Shown here in pieces: positions 51,401-63,495 of a DNA stretch of 64,000 nt. Position 1 is the first letter of the stretch. Each line of letters starts with the position of its first letter. The position numbers and the translations under genes are program-made. The notes under the pieces are model-generated. The model saw nothing but the letters and a program-made list of their open reading frames with translations. It ran no database searches and was not told the origin of the DNA. The stretch comes from Catajapyx aquilonaris. Taxonomy: Eukaryota. Where the stretch lies: NCBI GenBank assembly GCA_000934665.2, contig JYFJ02001358.1, forward strand, positions 1-64,000. Direction: 5' to 3'.

Positions 51401-53718
51401 TCTTTTCTGAACCTGTGAACCTGATAGACGAACTGGACCAGAGTGAGGCCAACGAGATCTTGGTCAGGTCTTCTCCGAGAGAAACTGCCGGGGGAAGGGG
51501 GTCGGGAGGGGGCAGCACAGGCACACCCGCAGGGACAATTCTCATCCACACCCACACCGGACACGGTTCACAGGTGGTCAGGATAGCAGGGGCCGGCAAC
51601 AAGGCACTCACATCCTCACCAGTGACCTCTTCTGTATCGTCGTCATCACCAATGTCACCGTCATCTGTACCATCTTTATCTGTGCAGGCCAGTCCTTCCT
51701 CTTCGACTACTGCCGCGATATGTCAAGGGTCAGGCCAATCATCCGCGGCGCGTAGGGATGTGCGCACGTGAGTTTCCGCAGTTGCACAAGGCGGTACATG
51801 GGACTAATCCGATATTTTCTCCATCTCACGCAGGATCTTTGTGTGGCCGCCTCCTCCCCAGAAGGGTGGGATCCCTATCAACACGGAAGACTACTGCTGC
51901 CTGGAAGAGGAGCAGTTTCTGAATGACGTCATCATTGACTTCTACTTGAAGTACCTGCTGCTGAAGGTCCTGTCGGAGGAAGACCGGGCCAGGACGCACA
52001 TCTTTTCCTCTTTCTTCTACAAGCGCCTGACCACCAGGCCCGTCAGGCCAGTTGGGAGGCCGGCTGGAGGTGCGGCTGGAGGTGGGGCCAGGAGGGTCCT
52101 ACACCCAGTGGAGGACGACCCCAAGCTGAGTCAGGCGGAGAAGAGGCATGCGCGGGTCAAGAGCTGGACCAAGAACGTCGACCTATTCGACAAGGATTTT
52201 GTCATCATTCCCATTAATGAAAAGTCAGTACTTGCATGTGAATGACACACGAAACGTACATCTTTACCATATTTCCATTGCTTGCAGTTCCCACTGGTTC
52301 CTAGCAATTATCTGCTTCCCCGGCCTGATGGGTCCTGTCCGCATGAGTGACAACGTGCCAGTGGCATCATTGCTGCCTAACTCAGGAGCCCCCGCGTCCC
52401 CTTCCCTCACCTGTCAGGTCCCCAAGAAAGTGTACAGTGCTGCACACCAATCACCCACGTTGTCCATATCCTCTCAGTCATCGTCATCCTCCTCCCCATC
52501 AGTTATCTCTGCCTCGCCCTCCTCCCTCCCATCCACCCCAAAGAGCATGAAGATTGGAACCGTGACCATAACCCCAGTTCCAAGCATGAGGGACTTGACG
52601 GGCAGCCCCTCCAGCCGCCAGGGTCAGGTGAACCTCACAGACGACTCTTCCGACAGGGACGAGGCGGACGGGGATGACGAGGAGATGGACTCCAACTCCA
52701 CAGACATGGATGCAGAGGCAAGTCCATAACATTGGCTAAGTCGGAACTATTTGCTAAATGTGCCTATTTTCCAAGCAGGAATCAAAGGATAGCCCCATGG
52801 ACACATCATCCCAAGGGTCATCACCCCAAGTGTTATCATCCCAAGGGTCAAACCCATCGCCAGCGATCCCCAAGGTGGCTCCCGTAACCCAGCCAGCTGT
52901 CCTGCCTGACCTGATTCCTAGGAGGTCACAAGCGCAGCTTTTGAGCCTTGTCGGACCTGTCAAGCAGTAAGTCCCGTTTGCTACAATAATTGTGCGAGTG
53001 ACGTACTTGTACTGACTCTCCCCTCTCCGTTGTTGCAGGCCGTGCATCCTAATATTTGATTCCCTGGCTGGTGCGAGTCGCAGCCGGGTGGTGGCGACGC
53101 TACGGGACTACCTCCGGATTGAGTACAAGGTGCGGAGGGGTAAGGAGCGCATATTTGGCAAGGAGGTTCTGAAGGGCTCCAGTCCAAAGGTCCCGCAGCA
53201 GAGCAACTATTCCGACTGTGGGGTGTACGTCCTGCAGTACGCCGAATCGTTCTTCTCTGTGAGTACATTTTAATCAGGCCATTCCTGCCGGATTAATGCA
53301 TTGCGACTGCTCCTTCCAGAACCCGATTAGGGACTACAATGTTCCGATCCGCACGCTGGTGAACTGGTTCCCGGAGCAGGTGGCCCAAGGGAAGCGGAAG
53401 CAGATATCTGAGCTGATTGTGCGGCTGATCAGGGAGGAGACCCCGCCGGACCAGAACCCCCAGGAGCTGCCTGTCCTGAGGTTTGGTGACTCTGAGGAGC
53501 AGCAGCAGGCCAACAACAACGGTGGTGAGGAGGAGGGGGAGATTCCTGCAGCAGCGGACAGTGGTAGTGGTGATCAGACGTGGACAGCAAGTAGTGGGTC
53601 TAGTGAGAACAGCGTCCTGATGTTTGGCCCCAAGCGGCCCCAGGAGGAGAGTGCGGAGCAGGCCACCACGAAGCGGCAGTGCACCGACAGCACCCAGGAG
53701 GACGCTCCAAGCAGCTAG
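42493..53718 (+). CDS. SENP6/SENP7-type SUMO protease (veloren-like), multi-exon
   Basis: C48 peptidase motifs [78 protein letters not shown]. The catalytic domain has large inserts typical of SENP6/7, plus [10 protein letters not shown] and SIM-like CLTISSDE. The 5' exons (42493-42584, then from 45233) splice in frame but are less certain. Confidence 0.9.
46648..46953 (-). CDS. Secreted single-domain Kazal-type serine protease inhibitor nested in a SENP intron (intron 46701-46757)
   Basis: Signal [42 protein letters not shown]. Splicing G|gtgagt...cag|CT adds [17 protein letters not shown], supplying the last Kazal Cys. Confidence 0.92.
49388..49886. mobile_element. PIF/Harbinger-like MITE (499 bp) in a SENP intron
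   Basis: TIRs AGGTGGGTTTATACTCCGCCGTAAGG / CCTTACGGCGGAGTGTAAACCCACCT (1 mismatch), TAA on both sides, no ORF. Confidence 0.88.
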
Positions 53719-54120
53719 GAGCGTATCCTCCGAACCTATCTTTTGACTACATTTTTTTTTTGTTGCGTTTAGTGGCATAAACCCCTCCTCAACACACCCC
53801 CCTACGAAATCGTGAATAATAATAATAAAAAAGTGAACCTGAATGTTCTGTCAGAAAGATGTCAAGGGCTGCGTAGTACCCATGGAGAATATTGTCCAAA
53901 TAAGGTTAGATAAGTGCTGGGCGAAGGGCTCGAACCGTATTGGACCAATCTTGCAGATACGGTACCCTGGATGGGGATTGGCCGGGGGTTGCCGGATGAC
54001 GTCAGTGCCTGGGTGACGTCACCTTCGTTCCCTCTCTGGCCCGTCAGTTGTCTGTGGAACGTCGCAGTGTGAGGACGTGTCTTGGTCGAGTTCCGCTTGT
54101 TTGTTGCACGAAGGAAAAGG

Positions 54121-56323
54121 ATGTCTGGAACGCGGGCGGCCAAGTCTGGTCTGGCGGCTGAGGCGCAGAGGAAGGTGAGTTCCCCCGTGCAGCACACGGC
54201 CATGATCGAATCGAACGTTGCCCATATTTGGCCATGAAACTACTTGACCCACTGCCCTCCCGATGCCTTGGGAATGGAACGGCCCCCCCCTTTTTTTTTT
54301 GGTTGGCATCCCTTTGTTGTCTTAAGGGGTGCCAATAGGGCATGGGGGCCTGTCAACTATACACCGCCCCCTTATATGGACGTGCGTTTGCAAAAAGGAA
54401 ACCCGATCTTATTCCAGAGAGAGGAAATGTCTGGCAACTTTTTTTGCGCGCTGACCTCATCCCCCGGCCGGCCTGGCACATACTTTATAATAAGTGTGTC
54501 AGTCACTTTCTCACATGCGGGTTGCGCAACTTCCAAGGGGGCCACCTTGCGAAACTGAGAGTCCTGCAAAAATGCGGACGGACGGCATTGTTGGGCACTG
54601 CTATAAAAGGGGCTATGAAGCCACCGGTGGCCTTATTTTCCACTGTGGTGGTCAAGCCGCACTGTGATGACAGCTGGTACTTGCCAATAAAACAAGGCGT
54701 ACATTCAGAATAGTGAGCATCTGCTCATCCTGCTGTACAGTCCGCACCTGTCCAAACAGCAGGGAAAATACTGACCATAAAAAGACCCGCTTAACGTACA
54801 TGCTTAAAATATGCAGAAAGTGAGCCAAATTCATGGCCATTTTTGCAGCCGAACTGTAATTGTCTTGGTGGCCTGGAAATGTCGACATAAATTGCTGCCA
54901 TGTAGATGCATGTGCAAAAATCCTTGGGTAATGAGGACGGTTGGAACAGTCCTTCCAAGGAGTGGCCATCGTCCTGTCCGTTTGCAAGGCAAACTTCCAA
55001 GGTCACACTGGACCGGAGGTTGTGCAAAAAATGCTGTCATTGACTTCTCAAGTATGAGGCCAGTGATGTGCACGGTTGTCATTGTAACATGTACAGTTGT
55101 GCACGGTTGTCAACGTCATATGTACAGTAAAGCCAGGTTGGATTCTGATAAGGATGGTTGCTCAATCATAGGGGGATTTAGATTGTTTAATTACGGCTGA
55201 TGGATGATGCCTTGCACAGTCATGGCCTATTCTAACTACATGTTGAGTAACAGCGTTGCAGGACTTGTTTGAGTCGCAACCACTTCCATGATTGGCAAGG
55301 AGTGTGTGCCCTCTAAACAGGATTCTTTTAATATCAGCTTCTGGAAGGTGGCAGGATGTGGTGGCCAGACGTGCACCGGTGGCACTTTTTTTACTTGGAG
55401 GTTCACGCACACGTGTCGCTTGAGTCACGAATGTAATGCTTGCTGAGTAGTACTGTGCATCTGAAAAAAAAGTAGCCATATGCACATCTGGAAAGCAGAA
55501 CTCCAGCGATAACATGCCCTGCTATTCTGGGAATCAATGACCTCCAGAGAAGTCATTCCCTGGAAGATAAACTCATGGATACATTTTAAAACATGTTTTT
55601 TTTCTTCTGGAAAGACCAACCACAGTGTAAAAGCACAGCGTAATTGTTGCCATCACCAATTGCGTAATGTCCTGCGAGTGTGTCTGTTAGCGTAGATATG
55701 CCAAGCCATGCTGATAAGTTGTTCTGTCCCTGTTCAGATCCTGAGCAAGTACAGCGAGCAGCATGCACAGGAAGTGCTCGAATGGATCAAGGTCGTCTGC
55801 GATATCGACATCAGCACCTCCGGTGATGTGGACAACTTGTACGAGGTGCTCAAGAATGGAGTCATCCTCTGCAAGTAAGTCCCCTGCCCTGACCTATAGC
55901 CTCTGACCTTCACGACAGAAAATGCAATCTGAAACATGCTTTTCCAGCCTGGTGAACACCCTGAAGCCAGGAAGCGTGAAGAAGATCAACCAGACCACGA
56001 TGGCGTTCAAGTGCATGGAGAACATCAACGGCTTCCTGGAGACTGCCCGCGCCATGGGTGTGCCCCCGGAGGAGCTCTTCCAGACGGTGGACCTGTGGGA
56101 GAGGCAGAACCTCAACTCTGTGGTCATCTGCCTGCAGAGCTTGGGTCGGAAGGCAGGCCAGTTTGGCAAGCCCACCATCGGGCCCAAGGAGGCGGAGAAG
56201 AACGTACGCCACTTCACCCAGGAGCAGCTGCGCCAGGGGGAGACCACCATTGGCCTGCAGTACGGATCAAACGCAGGGGCCACACAGTCAGGCATCATCT
56301 TTGGCAACACAAGACATATGTAA
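54121..56323 (+). CDS. Myophilin / calponin-transgelin family protein (3 exons)
   Basis: MSGTRAAKSGLAAEAQRK|ILSKYSEQHAQEVLEWIK...VLKNGVILCN|...MAFKCMENINGFL...FQTVDLWERQN...IGLQYGSNAGATQSG..FGNTRHM, i.e. a CH domain plus a calponin repeat. Confidence 0.95.
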
Positions 56324-56379
56324 AGATGACAGATGGAAGACACAAAAACACAGCAACGGGTGGCGGTCTCTATTAAAAC

Positions 56380-56454
56380 ATTGCCTGGAATTTCCAGCGC
56401 AAGGTCCAGAGTAAGGAGAGGCAGTCTGGCTTGTCTCTGGAAATTCCAGGCAAT
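56380..56454. other. 75-nt hairpin with a perfect 18-bp terminal stem, downstream of myophilin
   Basis: ATTGCCTGGAATTTCCAG ... CTGGAAATTCCAGGCAAT. Confidence 0.8.
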
Positions 56455-57016
56455 ACTGTGTCAAGGCAGATATCTATTTTAGGAGATATATTGATGTTAT
56501 GCATTGGAAATTAGATCTATGAGGCATCTGTGTCCATTCCGGAACCATATTCCCAACAGATCGTGGACCAAAACCGAATCTTATAGTTAACTGTTAACGT
56601 GCCAACGTTTATATAATAATTTTTTCCTCCCCTTTCATTTATTCAGGGTTTTGGAACTGTCAGTAGTACAACTATCATGTTTCCGTGCAAAGTACTTGTG
56701 GCAATCAGCAATATTTTTGACCAGCTGCTGCAAGCAGATTTTTCTTTCCTTTTTGGCAAGAGCCACTTTGTTAGACTTGAGTCGTTGCTCTCGTAATCGC
56801 AGAAATGTTGCTTCTCTTCTCCCGTGTTCATGTTTGAGATGCTTGTTAAAAACTAGGTCTATTTTAGCAGACTGTTGAACAGTTGTAATAGATATATTCC
56901 ATTCCACTACCTATTGATGATTCCAATAAAGAAACACATGTTACGTGCCATGTTATTCTGCATTTTTTTGTTCCATGTTCATGTACAAAACGTTTTATTA
57001 CTAACTGGGATTTGTT

Positions 57017-57577
57017 CTACATTTGGAAAGGGTAGTAGTCTAGGCCGGTGTTGTGGTTGTATCGCTTCTCAGGTTTCCTTCCTTCCTCGATGAGCTTGAG
57101 CACGCTGGGCCTGTGCGCAGGCGGCTGCATTTCGTCCTCCAGGGTGCACTCTGGCGGCTCATACAGGTTGGTCTGGGGCCTGGAGATGTGCCGCCTGACC
57201 ACGTCCACGTCTCGCTTGGCGTCGTCCTTCAGTGGCTCTATCACGTGGGGCGGGCTCTCGAAGTGCAGGAGGTAGTAGGAGCCCTGCCGATGCATGGTCC
57301 CATGCGCTGATATCCTGTAGGGCAGCTCGCGGGTGCCCAGGTTCTCAATGCGCCTTACCATCCCACCGCGACCCGTTATGTACAGAGCAGCACGACGCAG
57401 GGCCGACGCCAGCTCGGGCTGAAATTATTAGACAGCAGGTCAGAGGAGGTCACCTGGGGCACGTGTGACCAGCATGTGCGGTGCAGGCTCCTTATTTAGA
57501 AGGTAGGCAGACAGCAGTGGGCGTCGACTGACCTTTGACATGGTCCTGAGGATGAGGGCTATCTCGTAGGACGGCAT
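57017..57577 (-). CDS. MRPS6: Mitochondrial ribosomal protein S6 (2 exons)
   Basis: MPSYEIALILRTMSK|PELASALRR...RGGMVRRIENLGTRELPYRISAH...GSYYLLHF...RDVDVVR; arthropod-type tail CTLEDEMQPPAHRPSV...LDYYPF. Confidence 0.95.
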
Positions 57578-57945
57578 CGTACGGCACGGTACGGCGCGGT
57601 CGGTACCGCTTCGAACACAATGCGTGACTCGAATTTACACATTCACGTCACACGGACTCCATACGAAAGAGTCCCATGCGATTGATGCTTGGTACGCATG
57701 CGTCTGTGCGTCGCCCTTGAATTTGCAAATGGAGCAACAGTGCCATCTATTCCATTCTGATTTCCTGTTCTTGTCATTGCGTTTACATTATTAATTAGTG
57801 CGCAGGCTGTCACTATTTAATTGTAGCCGTATGAACTAATTACATTTTGTTTAATTGGTGCATTTGAGTTTGGGCATTGCGATCCCAGCGCCGCTCTGTC
57901 TGCTGTTCTGCGCACTACTCCTTCTCGTTCTCGTCCGGTCTAAAG

Positions 57946-58931
57946 ATGGCGGCTCCTTTTTCTCAGATTCTGGTGAGCTCCTCGAATATTCTTTCCTTTT
58001 CCCTCCAGCTTCCCGCTGGCTGCCCTCATTTTATTCACGTTTACACTTTGTATTGCAGGCCCGCCGGTTCAGCACCTCGGCCACCCTCAACAAAATGGTT
58101 AAGGTAAGAACGGAACTGAACAGAATTTGGGTTCGAATAGAAATGGAACGGGTTACGTCACAACGAGCGTTATTACCTGATGATTAATCTGGAGTAACAA
58201 GCCGAGCTTGTGATGTGTACCCTGCAATGTTCCAATTTGTCCTGTTCCAGCCTCCGGTGCAGGTGTTCAGCCTGGAGGGACGTTACGCGTCCGCCCTGTT
58301 CTCTGCAGCGTCCAAGGAGAAGAAGCTGGAGGTGGTTGAGAAGGACCTGAATGAGTTCTCTGTCCTCCTGAAGAAGGACACCAAGCTCAAGGAGTTCATG
58401 GGCAACCCCTCCCTGCAGCGGGACCTCAAAATGAACGCACTGACAGACGTCCTCAAGAAGACAGGAGCCTGCAACCTAACCATCAACCTCCTTGGTATGT
58501 GCCTGCAATAATTATGGGTATGCGGTTGGTGGCTGATGGCCTGCTCAATTCCAGTGTTATTGGCTGAGAACAACCGGGTGAAGAACATGGAAGGCGTGGT
58601 GAACGCATACCGCACCATGATGTCGGCCCAACGAGGGGAGGTCACCTGCGAAGTCACCACTGCCAAGGTTCATCTTCTGGTCACCTATTCGCCAGTCACA
58701 GGTTCTTAAAACGTGCCATGTACCTTCCAGCCATTGGACGAGGCGCAGATGAAGGACCTGGAGGGTGCCCTGAAGGCCTTCATGAAGTCCGGCCAGGTCC
58801 TGCAGCTTCAGACCAAGGTGGACCCCGACCTGATCGGCGGCATGGTCGTGGTCATCGGAGACAAGTACGTGGACATGAGCATCGCCTCCAAGATCAAGAA
58901 GTTCACCGACCTCATGACCCCACCTGTCTAG
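57946..58931 (+). CDS. ATP5PO: ATP synthase subunit O (OSCP), 5 exons
   Basis: ARRFSTSA...[68 protein letters not shown]. Confidence 0.98.
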
Positions 58932-59385
58932 TCCGTTGTTTCAGTTGGATTCGTTTGTAGTGGACAAATTATGTAAATAGGTGGAAAAACAAGCCGCAGG
59001 ACTTTTAGCTAATAAAAGCCCCTGGGCTTCTACCATACGCATAATTCGCCTGAAATGACCTCTGACCTAGCGATGTTGCCGCATTTCAACCGGTGAATGT
59101 GGCAACGTCGGGTGACATCATGCGGTGTTGCCACTTCCTGACGAGTGGATGTGGCAGCGTTGGATGACGTCATGCGGTGTTGCCGGTTGGCATCCAGTGG
59201 ATTCGGCAACCCCGCCTCCAGTTGTTCCAAATCCAAGATGGCGTCTGGAGGGAGGGCGGATCTGTCCCTTTGGGCGGGATAGGGGGTGTCTGCCCCGGGG
59301 CCGCCTCGGGGCGGTGCGCGGACACTGCCCGTTTCATCCCCCATTTTTTTAAACAGTACAGTAGTGCATGAAGCGCACACATCGC

Positions 59386-61699
59386 ATGATGGACATGCTT
59401 TTCCTGGTCAACTCGTCTGCTTCTGGCGAGGAGGTCGAGAACGGCACCATGTCGCCCCAGGATCAGGATCTGCCCGGGGCAGCGGAGCCCCAGGAGCCCT
59501 CGAAGCCCACCTTCCCGTGGTGGTGGCATCCGGAGCACAACGCCACGCTCTGGTCGGGTCTGCTGGAGTTTGGCGGGGCGCATCCAGGGGCACGGTGGGA
59601 CTCGACCGGGGGCGGCCCCTGGGCGGCCTGCGGGCAGTGGGCCCTCCTCAAGCACGCCCTGTTCCAGCTGGGGCACATCCTGCTGCTCCTGGCCGTGCTG
59701 GTCCCCGGAGCCATCCCTGGAGGAGGACTGTCCAGGAACAGGCTGGGCCGCTCCAGCGCATCGGGTGTGATGCGCGGCGGCCTGGCTCTGGGCTGGGGGG
59801 TGCTGGCCCTCTGGTCCTGGGCCATCGACTGCTCCCTGGACGGACTGGCCTGGAGCCTGGCGCTGGTCGGGGCCAACCTGATCCACCTGCTGGTCCTCCT
59901 CCGCCGCCTGCGACCGCTCCGGTTCTCCTCCCGCGAAGTGGAGGCTGCGTACCACGCGCTGTTCCGCCCCCTGAGGGTGTCCCGCAGGAGGTTCCGCAAG
60001 GTCCTGGCCTGCACCCGCTCCGTCAGGCTCCTCCAGGCCAGGGACATCTACGCCCACGAGAAGCTGACTCGTGTGGACTCCCTTTCGCTGGTTCTCAGCG
60101 GGAGGCTGGTGGTGTCTCAAGGCGGACGTCCCCTCCACATCGTGCTACCACACCAGTTCCTCGACTCGCCAGAGTGGTTCGGGGTCTCCACCGACGAGTG
60201 TTTTCAGGTTTGTATAATTCCCGCCCTTGCACTCTCACGCTAATATTCTCCGCAAATGGCAGGTGTCCATAACGGCAATGGAGGAGTCGCGGGTGCTGGT
60301 GTGGCACAGGGACAAGCTCCGTCTGACCATCGTGTCCGACCAGTTCCTGCAGGCCATTTTTGACCATATCCTCGGGCGAGACGTCGTTCGGAAGCTGGTG
60401 CAGGTGAGTGGCTTCCCGGCCGGTTCTGTCGGATGGGATTGATCCCTCTTTCGTTGTTGCGCAGGTGAGCGAGACGATGGTGGCCAGCAACAACGGGCAC
60501 CTTGCGAACCATGTGGATGACGCAGAGGACAAGCCCATGCTGGTTGCAAAGAGGGCGGAGGACGGGTCGGGGATCACTTCGATCCTGGCCAGGCAGCTGC
60601 AGGGTGAGAGATTTGGCCCCCCCTCCGCCCAACCCGACCAGCCTCCAACCCCACTCGCAACTATGGACACCCTGTTCGCTTCACATATGCCACATGCACT
60701 CTGATCTCATTGCAAAAAAATCATTAACTGTGCTGCTTGCGTGTGTGACTAACCTGCATACATTGTGCCATAACTTTTCAAAAAAAGTGAATGTGGCATA
60801 TATCTAATGCTCTATGTTAATAATTAATTAGATTGGTAGTGACGCTACGAAAGTACAGTAGTGCACTGCCACAAAAAAAAGTCACTCTCTTTTAACGGAA
60901 GTCTGAACTTTTTGTGTTGTGATTCCCCCCACCTGTGCATGAGAACCATCCGAGATCTAATCTCACAATTATTTAAAACGTATAAAAACAAAGTGCAATC
61001 AAATCTAACCTGTTGTTGTCTGTTCATTCCGACATAAATTTGGCCTGAATTCATTGCAAACAGTGAAGGCGCCACGATTGGATGAGAGAGACTCCGTATG
61101 GCCTCGGTACACTCGTTAGTTGATCCCTTCACCCGTAGCCAGATCAAGCACTCTTTTTGCGTGTGTCTGTCTAGTACTCTTCCCTTTCCCTCTCTCTCTC
61201 GTTTTGTTGGGGGGTGAACAATAAGTGTGTGTCTGTCTGTGTGATTGTTGGGAAAGGGGGGTGGTGTTTCAATTGTTGGGAAGGTTGAGTACAAGCAAGC
61301 TCTTTCCTTCTTCCCATTTTTTCCCCCCACACTTTTTTTCACAAGGCATCCCTAGGATTAGGTATTATTACTATGGTAAGTCTCACTATTCAAATGCTCG
61401 TTGTCTGCACGTCACTTGTTAGCAGTAGGTCGGAAGGGTCACGAAATTTGAGGGGACGTTACTTGACAATAATAAAGACAGGTGAGTGCCGTTCGAACCC
61501 AGTATTGTCAAGTACGCCTGTTGTTAGCTAATTAGACTCTGATTAGTTCTGAATGGCTGTTGAGGCGAGTTCAATGAGTGAACCTCTTTTTGCCCCCTCT
61601 TTTTTCCCCCCCGTGCCTGGCTACTTTTATTTAGCTGCAGACCCGGACGCCTGGCGCTTGGGAAAGATAGAGGAGGCTGACCACGAGACTTCCGTTTGA
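59386..61699 (+). CDS. bves: Popeye domain-containing protein (bves); start could be 59368
   Basis: Three TM segments, then the Popeye domain (YHALFRPLRVSRRRF, LSLVLSGRLVVSQ, QFLDSPEWFG, FQVSITA, FDHILGRDVVRKL). The last exon 61641-61699 encodes DPDAWRLGKIEEADHETSV*. Confidence 0.93.
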
Positions 61700-62639
61700 C
61701 TGAAGCGTCACCAATTCCAAGGCTGACTGCAGATTCCTCAAAGACCTTTTCCCCCCACCCGCGACCCAAACCCCCCCTAAAAATGTTGACCCAAGTTATT
61801 TGCAGATCTCGCTTATAACTCGATTTCCCCATTTAAAAAACGAGAATGAGTAATTGTATCGTAGTTGCACATTGTGTTTGGTGCCGTAACCGCAAATGCA
61901 GTTGGGCTGTGTACTTATTGCATTTTCCGGGCAGTATATAACCTGTGTTCCTACGTACCAGCGCTTTGCATAGTTGGTGGCTAACAGAATGGGTTGTTCC
62001 GCTTTAGCCCAGGCGTACCCTGTCTTCCTCTTTTCCTAACTCTGCCCCCGATCTATCTCTATCTGTCTTGTGTACGTAGGCGCTGCATGTGGACCGAGTA
62101 CTCGTGAGGTCAGTAGGTTTAGAGTGGTCGTTGAGTACACCTTTTTGCATGCTCTTTTTCCGCTGCTCTCTAGACATCCTCCGTCGTACCTTTTTTTTTT
62201 TTTGGTTGTGCCGTTTGACCTAGGTTGAACCCGCCCCAACCCTCGACCCCCTATCCTCCGTGGAGAAAGAAGAAGAGCAAGAAACAAATCAACCAAGAAG
62301 AGCCTTTTGCCCCCCCCCCTAATCAACCCCCTTTAAAAAAAAAACTTTTAATTAGTAACCAAAAAAAGAGAAACGATCTCTCTACCAGGACTGACTCCCC
62401 CCCCCAAAACCTCACCCCCGCCCTCCCCCTCAAAAAAAAATATATTCCAACGTTCATTAACTTTCCACCAATAATAAAAAAAAGATGTGTATTTTCTGGA
62501 TAAGCGATGTTGTTACATTATGGGTGGCGGGAGTGGGTCACGGCCATGTGATTTTCCGGCGTCTCTTCGTGTCCGTGTCCTCCGTCCGCACCTGCAAATT
62601 AGCACGTTGTCGATTACTTCTCGCGGGATAGAACAGCTT

Positions 62640-62742
62640 GGGTGGAATTTTAGTCCCACTACTAGTTACTGCTGACGTAGCAGTACCAGAGTAATCATCC
62701 CGAACACTGCTGCTGCTAAGCAGTGGGAGAAAAATTCCACCC
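62640..62742. mobile_element. 103-bp MITE-like element
   Basis: 21-bp TIRs GGGTGGAATTTTAGTCCCACT / AGTGGGAGAAAAATTCCACCC (2 mismatches), CTT on both sides, related copy at 35336. Confidence 0.7.
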
Positions 62743-62909
62743 CTTTGTCATTTTGACCCTGGTGCTAGAGTCTAATTAAATAATGAAGCTGCGTTTGCAT
62801 GCGAGTGATTTATCAGTGTGGTGGTAACAATAAATTTTCGCACCTAACAATTGGTTGTGCAACGATGTATGTACATGGCTGATGAATCGCTTGCATGTAA
62901 ATTCGGCTG

Positions 62910-63495
62910 TTAACAGGACACGTTGCGTACGGATTCATTTTGTGTTGGGGAGGCTTTTCTCTTTGTAGCGGACTCTGGCTTGGGCGAGGAGTGTCTCCGG
63001 GGCCTGCCGTTGGACGGCTTGGCGGCCACCTGCGCCGCCTTCCTCCTCCTGGGAGCGCCGCCCCTCTGCAGCCTGGTGAGTACCTTCCCGCTCCTGTTGC
63101 TGCGGTAGTGCCTCTGCGGAAGGGGACGCACGATGCGGGTGAAGAGGGAGACCAGGGCCTCCTTGCTGCAGCTGTCTGCCACCCTCACACCTCTCTGCAG
63201 GAGGGGGAAAGATGAACGGTCGTTTCCCCCAACAAGACCAGAGAGCCCCATGCTTCTTATTAGTCGGACAGACCTGTGCGAGGGCATCTCTGAGTTGCTC
63301 CACTTGGAGAAGCTCCGGTTGCAGCATCTGAGCGGGAGTCAGCCCTGCCTCCTTCCCTTCCTCCCCATCCTGCCCATCCTTCCTCCTCTTCCTAGTGCTT
63401 CCCTCGGGAGCTGCAGGACTCCTCCTTCCCTTCAGACAGAGCCTTTCTTCTTCTTCCCTCGCGCTGATCTTCTCTTCCGCCGTGTGGGCCGCCAT
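62910..63495 (-). CDS. Ashwin (C2orf49)-like protein, 2 exons
   Basis: MLQPELLQVEQLRDALAQ|RGV...SKEALVSLFTRIVRPLPQRHYRSNRSGK matches the recalled ashwin L.PELL...PLPQR...NR.GK pattern; basic tail. Confidence 0.8.

Noticed and set aside
55067..55128. 31-bp imperfect tandem duplication in the myophilin intron
   Set aside because: Two diverged copies only; ordinary slippage.
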